Source: Octopus vulgaris (Eukaryota). From it: a DNA stretch of 64,000 nt. Of this stretch, positions 1 through 11,793 are shown in pieces; positions within the stretch are counted from its first letter, which is position 1, and every line of letters starts with the position of its first letter. Location of the stretch: positions 26,040,001 to 26,104,000 of the forward strand of contig OX597814.1 of assembly GCA_951406725.2 (NCBI GenBank). Direction: 5' to 3'. The notes beneath the pieces are model-generated. The model ran no database searches, was not told the origin of the DNA, and was given only the letters and a program-made list of their open reading frames with translations. The position numbers and the translations under genes are program-made.

Positions 1-690
1 CAGAGTGTAATAACAGTTTCACCTGGCTAGTTAGATCTGTATAACTATAATTAATATTAATCCCTGCTTTCTATCAGAGGACAGTATAAATACATAAATT
101 AAACTGCCAGTTTGAAATCTTTAACAGAATCTAGTTCAGGAGTTCACATAATATTACTGATTTCAGTTCAAATCCCACAAGTGTTGTGCTTCTTTTTTCT
201 TATCATCCTGCTCATTCTAAGTCCAGTGATAATGATATAGAGATGAACAATAATACAGAGACGAAGCTCTGTGAAGCCAATGAGGATCCCTCCACAGAAT
301 CATTCAGCCTGCTAGAAAGAGTAACTTAATTTACTTCTTAAACACACTCATACACACACAATCACAAAGACACACACACATACAAACATCAACATGACCA
401 TTGCTTTTACATTCATTTTTTGGTGTTTGCAAGGGTTAGATAATTCTTCTCCAAGACAGCATTTTACCACTTGCTGAAGTTTGTAACATTCAGACTTTTG
501 TAATCACCTTTCATCATTTCTTGCTGAGACTTCCATGGCCTTCCTCTTCAGCAGGTCTCATTCACTCAGACCATTTGGGTGTTTTTTTTCAAATTTATTA
601 TACACCCATAACCTTTTATATAGAGATATATATGACAAGTGTGTGTAATAATTTACTGGATATTTTTAGCATCTCAGTGACTACCTCCCC

Positions 691-1107
691 AAAACAACTG
701 GATCTGTGGGGCACAAAGAATTGGATTCTTCACGATGACAATGCACCCTGTCACTGAGTTCTCCTCACTCATGAGTTTCTTGCCAAAAGTAACATGATAT
801 CACTTCTGCACCTCCCTATTCACCAGATTTAGCACCTGTGGACTTCCACCTCTTCACCATGATGAAAATACACCTCAAAGGTCGTCGTTTTAGCACTGTT
901 GTCGAGATCCAGGGTGAATCGCAGAAGGTCCTCGATTCACCTACAGAAAACGACTTCCAGGCCAGATTCCAAATGTGGCAGGATTGCTGGGACTGATGTA
1001 TTGCTGTGCAAAGTGACTATTTCAAAGGGTATGATGTTAAAACTTAGGTAAATAAGTTATTTTTATTAAACATAACTAGTCCTGGAACTTTTTGATACCA
1101 ACTCGTA
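691..1107 (+). mobile_element. Mariner transposon 3' remnant (decayed transposase C-terminus plus right TIR)
   Basis: Translates across stops and frameshifts as KNWILHDDNAPCH...PYSPDLAPVDFHLF...LKGRRFS (mariner HDNA and YSPDL motifs). Ends in the TIR-like GTCCTGGAACTTTTTGATACCAACTCG followed by TA. Confidence 0.9.
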
Positions 1108-1291
1108 TTTGTATGGAATTAACTAAAAAGATGTACAACAATCAGACAATAATTCAAACAAAAATATAATTTAAAGAAATAAAACATGAACGGTTAAGTA
1201 CTCCACAACCCAATTCACTTAACCATTATACAAATTATTTCCAAGTGCAAGTGGATTCATTAATGAGCATCTTTGAGGCATTTGGTATATG

Positions 1292-1330
<39 letters not shown>

Positions 1331-1332
<2 letters not shown>

Positions 1333-1601
1333 CAGTTGTATACTGTCAACTTAACATGACAGTCCCATAAAGGGATTCACACCACCGCTATTTAGCCCTA
1401 GGAAGCATCAACGCTTCCTGTCGGCCTTGACACATTTCCTGTGTCCTTATGTGTCCTTATACTTGTCTCCCCTTTGTAAACATAAGGACACAGGAAATGT
1501 GTCAAGGCCAACAGGAAACGTTGATGCTTCCTAGGGTTAAATAGCAGTGGTGTGATTCCCTTAATGGGACTGTCACATTAAGTTGACAGTATACAACTGC
1601 T
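1331..1601. repeat. Long inverted repeat (foldback), ~122 bp arms, 27 nt spacer
   Basis: 1331-1452 is the reverse complement of 1480-1601 with about 8 mismatches by manual alignment; (TA)n lies on both sides. Confidence 0.95.
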
Positions 1602-1680
1602 CTATCGTTCCACCACTGCTTTTATCTCTCTGAGATATTTAGAAATTTAATATTTCTAATTTATATATATATATATATAT

Positions 1681-2046
1681 AATAATAAATATTAGGGAAT
1701 AAATCCAAATTTACAGGGAAAAATCAGATTTAGGATTGAATCCAATTTTATAGTAAAATATAATATTATATTAAATTAGAGACAAAACCACTATTATGCA
1801 AATCAAACAAAGAAAGTCTTAAGCCAATACATAAAATAATTTATATAAATTAAATTTAATTAAAATAACCACAACGATCGTTTCGTGTCAGCACTTTTAT
1901 GAGACATTCTTCATAGAAGTGATGACACGAAACGATCGTAGTGGTTATTTTAATTAAATTTAATTTATATAAATTATTTTATGTATTGGCTTAAGTCTTT
2001 CTTTGTTTGATTTGCACAATAGTGGTTTTGTCTCTAATTTAATATA
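1681..2046. repeat. PLE-like tail with foldback, ~140 bp arms, ~8 nt loop
   Basis: ~1766-1902 is the reverse complement of ~1911-2046 with about 5 mismatches. Contains GAAACGATCGTA and the terminus GTGGTTTTGTCTCTAATTTAAT, which recurs at ~11885. Confidence 0.85.
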
Positions 2047-2067
2047 TATATATATATATATATATAT

Positions 2068-2360
2068 TGTGAGGGTGCATAGCCTAGTGGTTAGGGTGTT
2101 GTACTCACGATCATGAGATCATAGTTCCAATTCCTTGACTGGGTGGTGCATTGTGTTCTTGAGCAAAACACTTCATGTTACATTGCTCTGCAATCACTTT
2201 GACACCTGACATGTGGTACACAGTACACCTGTTCAGATAACGTCGATTTGATGGAGAAAGTGATCTAATGTCTGGCACAAACATTTGATCACTATAAACA
2301 AATCATTTTTGCAGGTTGCTTGACAAGCTGAACGCTCATATGTCATCTTCAACAGAATTC
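2068..2360 (+). mobile_element. tRNA-derived SINE
   Basis: A-box-like TAGCCTAGTGG and a decayed B box, followed by TTGAGCAAAACACTT; head resembles the SINE at 55898-56227. Confidence 0.75.
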
Positions 2361-2392
2361 ATCATCAAATATATTTGTATATATTTATATAT

Positions 2393-2432
<40 letters not shown>

Positions 2433-2540
2433 ATAAACTCACATGTAACATATTTCAAATCTTTGTTTGGCCACTTAACTTATAAGATATAGCAGCTGAA
2501 TTTTCTTCCATCTGAAAAAGGATTGAAGAAATTGAATATT

Positions 2541-2748
2541 ACTCTTTTACTCTATTTTTTACTTGTTTCAGTCATTTGACTGCGGCCATGCTGGAGCACC
2601 ACTTTTAGTCGAGCAAATCGACACCGGGACTTATTCTTTGTAAGCCCAGTATTTATTCTATCGGTCTCTTTTTTGCCGAACCGCTATGTGACGGGGATGT
2701 AAACACACCAGCATTGGTTGTCAAGCAATGCTAGGGGGACAAACACAG

Positions 2749-2781
<33 letters not shown>

Positions 2782-2925
2782 CATATATACGACAGGCTTC
2801 TTTCAGTTTCCGTCTACCAAATCCACTCACAAGGCATTGGTCGGCCCGGGGCTATAGCAGAAGACACTTGCCCAAGATGCCACGCAGTGGGACTGAACCC
2901 GGAACCATGTGGTTGGTTAGCAAGC
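2541..2925 (-). mobile_element. tRNA-headed SINE (CORE-like family), 5' slightly truncated
   Basis: Near-identical to 28801-29213; internal (TA/CA)n and a GAGTAAAAGAGTA-type tail. Confidence 0.85.
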
Positions 2926-3230
2926 ATCTGAAAAACATAACGGTCATGACTGGAATGCTTTGGTTATAAGTCTGCTAAATTAGGACCAACTTGTGGCTAA
3001 AAAAGAACATGTAAATGTATGTGAGTATATGTGTGTGTGTGTATGTGTGTGTGAGTGTGTGTGTGTACATATATATATGTTATATATATTTGTATGTATA
3101 CATATATATGGCTTTTCATGCTTCAATGATATATTAATCTAACCCATGCTAACATGGAAAGATGGATGTCAAAATGAATGTAACGTATATATATATATGT
3201 ACCAGTATGTAAGTATATATGTGTGTATAT

Positions 3231-4059
3231 CATCATCATCATCATCATCGTCGTTTAACGTCCGTTCTCCATGCGTCCGTTCGACCGGGGTTCTGGGAAG
3301 CCAGAAGGCTGCACCAGGCTCCAGTCTAATCTGGCAATGTTTCTACAGCTGGATGCCCTTCCTAACGCCAACCACTCCGTGAGTGTAGTGGGTGCTTTTT
3401 ACGTGCCACCTGCACAGGTGCCAGGCGGGGCTGGCAACGGCCACGGTCAGATTGGTGTATTTTATGTCCCACCGGCACGGAAGCCAGTCGAGGCGGTGCT
3501 GGCATCGGCCACGAGTCGGATAGTGCTTTTTACATACCACCAGACCAGGGATCCTGGCTGGTTCAATTCGATTTCGATTTCGCTTGCCCCAACATGTCTT
3601 CACAAGCAAAGGGGTTGGCAAGGGTGCCTGTCGTACGGTCGCATTGGAGTATTTTACGTGCCACGGCCACGAGTCGGATAGTGCTTTTTACGTACCACCA
3701 GACCAGGGATCCTGGCTGGTTCAATTCGATTTCGATTTCGCTTGCCCCAACATGTCTTCACAAGCAAAGGGGGTTGGCATGGGTGCCTGTCGTACGGTCA
3801 CATTGGAGTATTTTACGTGCCACGGCCACGAGTCGGATAGTGCTTTTTACGTACCACCAGGCCAGGGATCCTGGCTGGTTCAATTCGGTTTCGATTTCGA
3901 TTTCGCTTGCCCCAACATGTCTTCGCAAGCATGGGGGGTTGGCATGGGTGTCTGTCGTCGGATGAGGTTCTATATCGACTTCGCTTGCCTCAACCGGTCT
4001 TTGTGTCCAAGGGAGGAAAGGCATTCATAAGTGGGCTGGGCTCACTTGTCCTGCCTGGT
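3231..4059 (-). mobile_element. RTE LINE 3' end (last codons, 3' UTR, (GAT)n tail)
   Basis: Minus strand reads ...TRQDK* then a UTR with GGCACGTAAAAAGCACC units, GTTGGCGTTAGGAAGGGCATCCAG and a (GAT)n tail; same layout as 49143-49981. Confidence 0.9.
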
Positions 4060-6408
4060 TGTATGCAAGAAATAAGGTGGAGAGGAGGATCTGCTAGGGT
4101 CCTCACAGGCAAGGAACACAGGTACAAGATTTTCTGGGCAGGGAACACTGACGGGGTTGGTGGCGTGGGTATACTTATCGCTGAGAAATGGATAGATAGA
4201 GTAATTGAGGTAATCAGAGTAAGTGACAGAATACTTAAGATTAGAATAGTGCTTCATAATAGATTAGCAACCATTATATCGGCCTATGCCCCTCAGCCAG
4301 GGCTACCCGATGGACAGAAAGACAGTTTCTATGACACCCTACTGCAGACCACCTCATCGACGAACGACAGGGACCTTCTCTTTGTGGCTGGTGATTTCAA
4401 TGGGCATGTTGGACGACATGCTGGGGGCTTCCATGGCGTACATGGAGGCTACGGTTATGGTTCCCGCAACGAGGAGGGAACCAGGCTGCTGGAGTTCTGC
4501 GATGCGAATAGTCTTATGGTCTGCAACACTAACTTCAGGAAACCAACAAGCCACCTGGTCACCTACCGATCGGGCCGGCATACTAGCCAAATCGACTACA
4601 TCCTTGCCAGAAAAAGGGAAAGATGGCTGCTTATAAATGCCAAAACCTTCCCAGGTGAAGAATGCACCCCACAACATAGACTGGTAGTTAGTGACTTTAG
4701 GATCAGGACTAAGAGGGCGACTAGAAGACGACCAACATGGAGAAGAAGGGTCTGGAAGCTTAAAGCCCCTGCGAATGGACAGAGATTTAGAGATATGTTA
4801 CTTGAAGCCTTTGACGAAGTGGAAGGGGGTATAGCTACACATGGGGTAGAAGACAACTGGACGTTTCTGAGGGACAACCTGCTGAAAGCCGCTGACCAGA
4901 TCTGTGGCTGGTGCAAAGTCCCCTTAAGACCCAAAATAACGTGGTGGTGGAACAATATTGTTGACAGGGCTATTAGACAAAAGAAACAGGCTTGGAAGGC
5001 CTGGAAGAACGGTGGTAGCAGGGAAGGGTATCAGACTGCTAGAAGGGAAGCTAGGAGACAGGTCTATCTAGCCAGAGGGGAAGCAGATAAGAGAAAATTT
5101 GCCAATGTCCTGCGCCGTGAGGATGAAAGACTTGAGGTATTTCGTGTTGCATGACAGTGTGTGAGAGAGAATCGTGATGTGGTAGGAGAGAAATGTGTTC
5201 GCATGGAGGATGGTTCACTTGCGCTAAATTAGGATGCAAAGAGAGAAGCTTGGAGACGCCACTATGAAAGGTTACTGAATGAGGAAAATGAATGGGATAA
5301 AGAGAGTCTGCCGAATGTTGACCCTACAGAGGGACCAGCTATCCGAGTTGATAGTTCCGTGGTAGCTAAGGCAATTAGAAGCATGAAGACAGGGAAAGCC
5401 CCAGGCCCATCAGGAATTACTGCAGAGATGCTCAAAATATCTGGCAGTGTCAGCTATAACCTAGTCACCCGTATAGTCAACCAGGTGATACACGAAGGAG
5501 TCATACCCAATGACTGGTGCAGCAGCATACTAGTCAACTGCTACAAAGGTAAAGGTGATGCCCTAGATACAAATAATTACAGAGGTATCAAGCTGTTGGA
5601 TCAAGTAATGAAGGTTACGGAGAGGGTCATAGCCCAACTAATTAGAGAGAGAGTTAGTTTAGATGAGATGCAGTTTGGGTTCGTGCCAGGGAAAAGTACC
5701 ACTGATGCTATATTCCTGGTAAGGCAGCTGCAGGAGAAATACCTAGCCAAAGATAAGCCCCTGTACCTGGCTTTCGTTGACATGGAGAAAGCTTTTGATA
5801 GGGTCCCCCGATCCCTTATCTGGTGGTCAATGAGGAAACTAGGGATAGATGAATGGCTGGTGAGGACTGTGCAAGCCATGTACAGAGATGCCGTAAGTAA
5901 GGTTAGGGTTGGCAACATGTACACAGAAGAATTCAAAGTAGAGGTTGGGGTCCACCAGGGTTCAGTACTCAGCCCCCTCCTATTTATCATAGTACTCCAG
6001 GCAATTACGGAGGAATTCAAGACAGGCTGTCCCTGGGAGCTCCTCTACGCTGACGACCTTGCTCTTATTGCTGAGTCACTATCAGAACTGGAGGAGAAGT
6101 TCCAGGTGTGGAAGGAGGGTTTAGAATCAAGGGGCCTTAGAGTCAACCTAGCTAAAACCAAAGTACTAATAAGTAGAAAGGTAGACAATCCACAAATATC
6201 TTCAGGAAGATGGCCCTGCTCGATCTGTAGAAAAGGTGTAGGTAGAAACTCTATAAGATGTACCCAGTGTAAGCTATGGACACATAAGAGGTGCAGCAAT
6301 GTCAAAGGTAGGCTAACTGGGAAGATAGTTTTTGTATGTGGCAGATGCTCGGGAGCATTAACCTCCGAAAATCTGCAGAAAACAACTTCCGTCACTTTCC
6401 AGGGGGAA
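4060..6408 (+). pseudogene. RTE-clade LINE ORF: AP endonuclease + reverse transcriptase + PHD-type finger; two in-frame stops, both ends truncated
   Basis: APE motifs CMQE, SAYAP, AGDFNGHVG, IDYIL, QHRLV. RT motifs GKAPGPSG, NYRGIKLL, QFGF, FVDMEKAFD, GVHQGSVLSPLLF, YADD (6046-6057). ORFs 3907 and 5359 share a frame, with stops at 5152 and 5230. Confidence 0.97.
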
Positions 6409-6842
6409 TCAATGCATATTCATTTATTTTTATATATATTTGCCCATGGAAACATAGGTATTTACATCGTTAGAACTCATGTGTGTCAGACATATGGCAA
6501 ACATTGCCATGCAGCAGTTTAACTGGTAGAATCATAAAAATCACTAAAATGAAATACACCAAGTAGAATCTGATAAATGAAGAAGAAAGAAGAAAATACA
6601 ATTTCCAAATTCAAAAGGATAGCTGTACTTATCTAAATTCCAAACCATCCTTCAGCTTTATTCAGAATCCCTCTCCACATTTACATTTCTTTCTTATTCC
6701 ACTATAATACTTCAGAGGATAACTTAGCACAATATTATGTAAAAAGCTTTCATGGAGAGAAACTGTTTAGTTTTGTAAGTTCTTTCAAAGATGGATTATC
6801 CAAGAAAGAGAAAATAGTTTGTTTTATTTTATTTTATTCTGC

Positions 6843-6894
<52 letters not shown>

Positions 6895-8174
6895 GTGTGT
6901 GTATTTGCTTGCATGCAAACATGCCCAGTGTACACACTATTTAATGTTTGGGAACATTTCAAACGTTAATATTCTCTTTGCTGTTGCAATAAATAAATCA
7001 CGATGAATCTTTCTCTTGTGCCTTGCAAAATAAGTTTCAAAAGCTTATTTCTTATCCTCTTTCACTCATCATCAAACACATAGTAATCATTTTTTCTTTT
7101 TCTGTTTCAACAGAAACCAAAAAAAAAAAAATTCATGTAATCTGTGAACATGTGAGATGACCAGAAAAATGATTTAGACTGAATAAAAAGAAAGCAACAC
7201 ATATGTATTGGTTGTGTCTTAATCGGTTATGTATTTATGTATTTTCAAAGAATTATTTTTTATGTTAAATACTATCTTTGCATTAGAGTCACCAAACTTG
7301 ATCTCTTAATTTTCATAGAAATCAACCAGTGGGAGGTTAACTGTTTTATCTTCTATGTTTCATTCCAATATGTTTGGCTGACTTTTAACCAAACTATATC
7401 AATTCATGTTGCATGCAACCAAAGTTTGTTTTTAATGTTAATATGGAAGATATGAGTAATGTTCACAGTGTTTGCTTTTGAATGTATGCAGCATCCCAAA
7501 TGGCCACAGAATGTAATTAAATTGTTTACAGCATTGCTTATAAAGCCAACCTTTTCAGGTTTACAATTCAATTAGATATCTTGACCAATGGAAATGATTA
7601 ATGTGCCAGATAGATCACACTTAGTAAATCTACTTGAGTTTTGAAAATGGACAGTGCATATTTTCTTTCCCAAATCTTAGGAAAGCATTCCAACTATAAA
7701 ATATATGACCAAAGCCAAAGAATTCAAGTTAAAATGTTTTTGTTTGCTCAACTGCTTCTGTTTGTTAATCTAATGAAAGCAAAATTGATGAGAAACACCA
7801 CCAGCAACTATACAGATTCTTTTATGTAGTTGCTTCACTTGCTGAAAATAGAAGCCATATCTCCCACAAATCACATTCTACAATCTCATAAAGAAGAAGG
7901 TCACATTAGATAAATTCATCTGAAAAATGAAGTAATGTATTTGTTCATAGTGCTGCCTGAGCATTGCTACACAGGGACTGAAATTTAACAATCTATTTGA
8001 ATCCAGAAAATATATCAGAAAGAGTATTTGTTCTTGGAAATAACATCTTCAGTGAAAATTTAATTATATGAAGTGCATCATGAACAAGTGTCCTCTGCTA
8101 TAGCCTCATGTTGACCTGTTTTTTGTAAGTGAAATTTCACAGAAACTGTACAGAAGTTCTGCACATATATATAT

Positions 8175-8530
8175 GTGTGTGTGTGTTTGTCCATGCATGT
8201 ATATATGTCTCCATGTGTGTGTGTGTGTGTGTGTCTGCATGTGTCTATGTCCATGTGTGTGTCTCCATGTGTGTGTGTGTGCGTGTATGTGTCCATGTCC
8301 ATGTTTGTGTGTGTGTGTATCTGTGTCTATGTGTATGTATCCATGTCCATGTGTGTTTGTGTGTGTGTGCATGTGTGTGCGTGTGCTTATGTATATACAT
8401 GTATGTATGCATATATATTTATGTGTGTGTGTGTGTGTGTATAGAGAGAGAAGTAAGAATGGTTATACTGATGTGTGTGTGTACATGCAAACATGTGAGT
8501 GTGTGTACATGTATGCACATGTATCTTTCC
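8175..8530. repeat. Degenerate (TG)n / ATGTCC microsatellite
   Basis: Direct reading. Confidence 0.85.
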
Positions 8531-8734
8531 ATTAACAATACTTGAGTAACACTAACATTATTTATGTCTCACCTAAACAACAAGTCCAGCTGCTCAACAT
8601 TTTGATATTCTTGGAATAAAGTATCTTAGTTGAAAAAACAAAGTGAACATTGGCATCAAGTTGGTATCAGAATACTGCCTGAAGAAGTCTCATTCAATTC
8701 ATATTTGGATGGAAAAAACAAAAGTAGAAAGAAT

Positions 8735-8903
8735 GACAAGGAGGATGACAAAGGAAGAGGAGGATGGGAAGGAGGAGGAGGAGGAGGAGGAAGAAGAAGA
8801 AGAAAAGGGGGGGTGGAGGAGGTGGTGGTGGTAGGAGGAGGAGGAGGAGGAGGAGGAGGGCAGCGGCGGTGGTGGTGGTGATGGTAGTGGTGGAGGAGGA
8901 GGT
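8735..8903. repeat. Compound (GGA)n/(GAA)n/(GGT)n trinucleotide repeat
   Basis: Direct reading. Confidence 0.9.
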
Positions 8904-10244
8904 ATCATTAATAACTCTTTCAAATTTGCATTAAGCTGCTATAAGAGAAATTCTGACCCTAAACCCTGTCATCAATTTTCAAGAATGAAGAGCTGAAACA
9001 CGTAGGCAAAAGAAGATGTCTAGAAATAACTATTTGCAAACGATTATGTTTTAGTTGACATATGTGTTGCTGCCAGCTGCATATGCTTATAATATTTGTA
9101 TTAAAATGTTTTTTTATGTTATGTTAATATTTTATTCTCACTTCTAAGACCTAAATAAAATATTTTATTTGACAAATAATTCATTTAGAAATTTAAGAAA
9201 TTTTAATGACTAGAACTTAAAAATACAATCTCAGTGATTAAAACTTTGAGATCATATGACAATGATACTCTTGATGTGATTAAAATGTTAGAAAGTTCGT
9301 GTACTATCTTAAAAGAAAATAACTAATATTAATTTTTGTAGGTATATTGAAGTCTTTTCGCAATGTGTGTTTGGAAAAAAAGTGAAAAGAAAGGTGAAAT
9401 ATTTACAGATATTTGCTTTGAGAAAATAGAAATATTACAAAGCAATCTTACTTTCTAAATTTTAATTAAAATCATTTTGGAAGTGATAAATGCTTTCATA
9501 TAAGTTTTGATGCTTGTTGTTGTTGCTTGAATTTAATAAAAATGTTTTGGAAGCAAGACATCAAAACTCAAGTATACAATTATGATGAAGCAAAAAAGAA
9601 TGGTAATCATATTGTGTTTAATCTAGTTTGTTTTTGCCAGAAAGACATTAAATACTGTGAACATAAGTGAAATAAAAATATACTGAAATTTTAATATTAG
9701 TTTCTTTTTATAAAAGTGTATTTGCTGCTCAGAGAGACTAAATCAGGTTGAAACACAAAGTCCAACAACCCACTATCATTTGGAACAAATCCTTGCATTT
9801 TTTAGCTCAAAAGTTTAAGACAAAATATTACAGCAGGTGCAGTTCTATACTTATATATATATATATGTGTGTGTGTTATAAATGTTATACACATTGATAT
9901 TTTAATCTAAGACTTTTACAAGTACTATATTAATTTCAAATTTTACCAATTTCTATACCAGAACAAGAATATCTGGTTGAATTCAGTATGTCCAGGATAA
10001 TTATCACTTCAGAGACCAACTCAGACCAAAACACTATATCTAAGGATCCACTAGCATACTGAATGAAATCCTGTGTTCTTCAGCATACAAGTCTCTTTGA
10101 AAAGTTTCTCTGAAACAAAATATCATAGCTAGAGTCATTCATGTTTGTATTTTAGATGTTATACACATAACTTATATGTGTTTTTAAGAAATGGAAATTT
10201 CTTAACTGAGTAAGTGCTCATTTTGCAATTGTATTATTGATCAG

Positions 10245-10441
10245 CCTCGTCTGGCACGTAAAAAGCACCCACTACACTCACGGAGTGGTTGGCGTTAGGA
10301 AGGGCATCCAGCCATTGAAACATTGCCAGATTAGACTGGGCCTGGTGCAGCCTCCTGGTTTCCAAAAACCCTGGTCGAACCGTCCAACCCATGCTAGCAT
10401 GGAAAGCGGTCGCTAAACGATGATGATGATGATGATGATGA
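10245..10441 (+). mobile_element. RTE 3' tail fragment
   Basis: GGCACGTAAAAAGCACCC...GGAAGGGCATCCAG...(GAT)n. Confidence 0.9.
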
Positions 10442-10547
10442 TATGGTGAGAAAGTTTGTATTTTATAACCTCAACTATATATATGTATATATATATATAT
10501 GTATATATACATACATATATATTTATATATATTTATATATATCATGT

Positions 10548-10829
10548 GAGCACATGACCGACCAGGCTATCAGATGTTGTTACATATCGCTGATCACAAT
10601 GCGCTTCACATTGTTTTAGCCTTCAAATGACGCCACCACGCTGGCTAAGCGAGCAGGCCAACAGAAGAAAGAGTGAAAGAAAGTTGTGGCAAAAGAGTAC
10701 AGCAGGGATCGCCACCACTCCCTGCCGGAGCCTCGTGGAGCTTTAGGTGTTTTCGCTCAATAAACACACACAACGCCCGGTCTGGGAATCGAAACCGCGA
10801 TCCTCCCACCGGGCTATTGCGCCTCCACA
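10548..10829 (-). mobile_element. tRNA-derived SINE (third family)
   Basis: Minus-strand head GGAGGCGCAATAGCCCGGTGG...GGTTTCGATTCCC (B box); CpG-rich; inserted in (TA)n. Confidence 0.8.
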
Positions 10830-10831
10830 TG

Positions 10832-10870
<39 letters not shown>

Positions 10871-10872
<2 letters not shown>

Positions 10873-11088
10873 TGTGAACATAAATGTTGATTCGTTAGCT
10901 ACTGCACACATTTTTTTCTCTCCTTCTTTCTGTGTTTTTTTCTCTCTGTGTATCTTTCTGTTGAAGAGCGTAGGCTCGAAACGTTAAAGACTTGTTTTAT
11001 TTATATTTCCTGAGCGCCATACTAATACAATTGTTCGTTTGTTTTCCACCTGCCTTCGTCTTTTGTCTATTTTCATAAAGCTTCCCGT
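10871..11088 (+). mobile_element. PLE-like tail with hammerhead motif
   Basis: TCTTT CTGTTGA A GAGC-GTAG-GCTC GAAA CGT T AAAGA at 10953-10990; element is bounded by (TA)n. Confidence 0.65.
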
Positions 11089-11304
11089 TATATATATATA
11101 TATATATATATATAAAACTGAAATGCATTTTTACCGCTTGGATCGCTTTCAAGGCCACTACATCCCGTCCGATTCACTCCAAAATTTACAGGGACATGTA
11201 AAATGAGGTGACGATGTCCGTGGGCTACCTTAGAAATCCCTATCTTAAAAGGTGTCGTTGCTAGGGGCCAAAAACCCACTTTGACAAGTCCACTTCCGTT
11301 CTTT

Positions 11305-11543
11305 TACGTATGTGCCTTCCTCACTCACTCACACTATTTCCTCCATTCCCCTCTAACTCCCTTTCACTTTCCCTTTATAAGTTCATCTAACGGCGTTCTT
11401 TTATGTATCTGTCTGCATTCATAGTACGTATATGTCTTCCTCACTCACTCACACTATTTCTTCCATTCCCCTCTAACTCCCTTTCACTTTCCCTTTATAA
11501 GTTCGTCAGACGGCGTTATTTATGTATCTGTCTGCATTCATAG
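11305..11543. repeat. Tandem duplication, ~120 bp x2
   Basis: TACGTATRTGYCTTCCTCACTCACTC...GCATTCATAG begins at 11305 and 11425. Confidence 0.95.
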
Positions 11544-11793
11544 AGAGAATTATCATCGCCACAACCAACACACGAGCATGAGAACAAATATTATGAATCA
11601 GATATTTCTTGCGTTCATTTATATATGTGTGTGTGTGTGTTCTATATATAAATATGTATATATAATGTACATATACAAAGTGTATATATCTGTATTTATG
11701 TATATTAAACTTTTTAATACTTTTCGATAGTTATATATATTTTTAAACAAATTATAAATATAATTTAATCATTTTTATTTTAATATTTAAATA

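Noticed and set aside
3907-4059. N-terminus of the 415 aa ORF
   Set aside because: Read-through of inverted UTR sequence, not LINE coding sequence.
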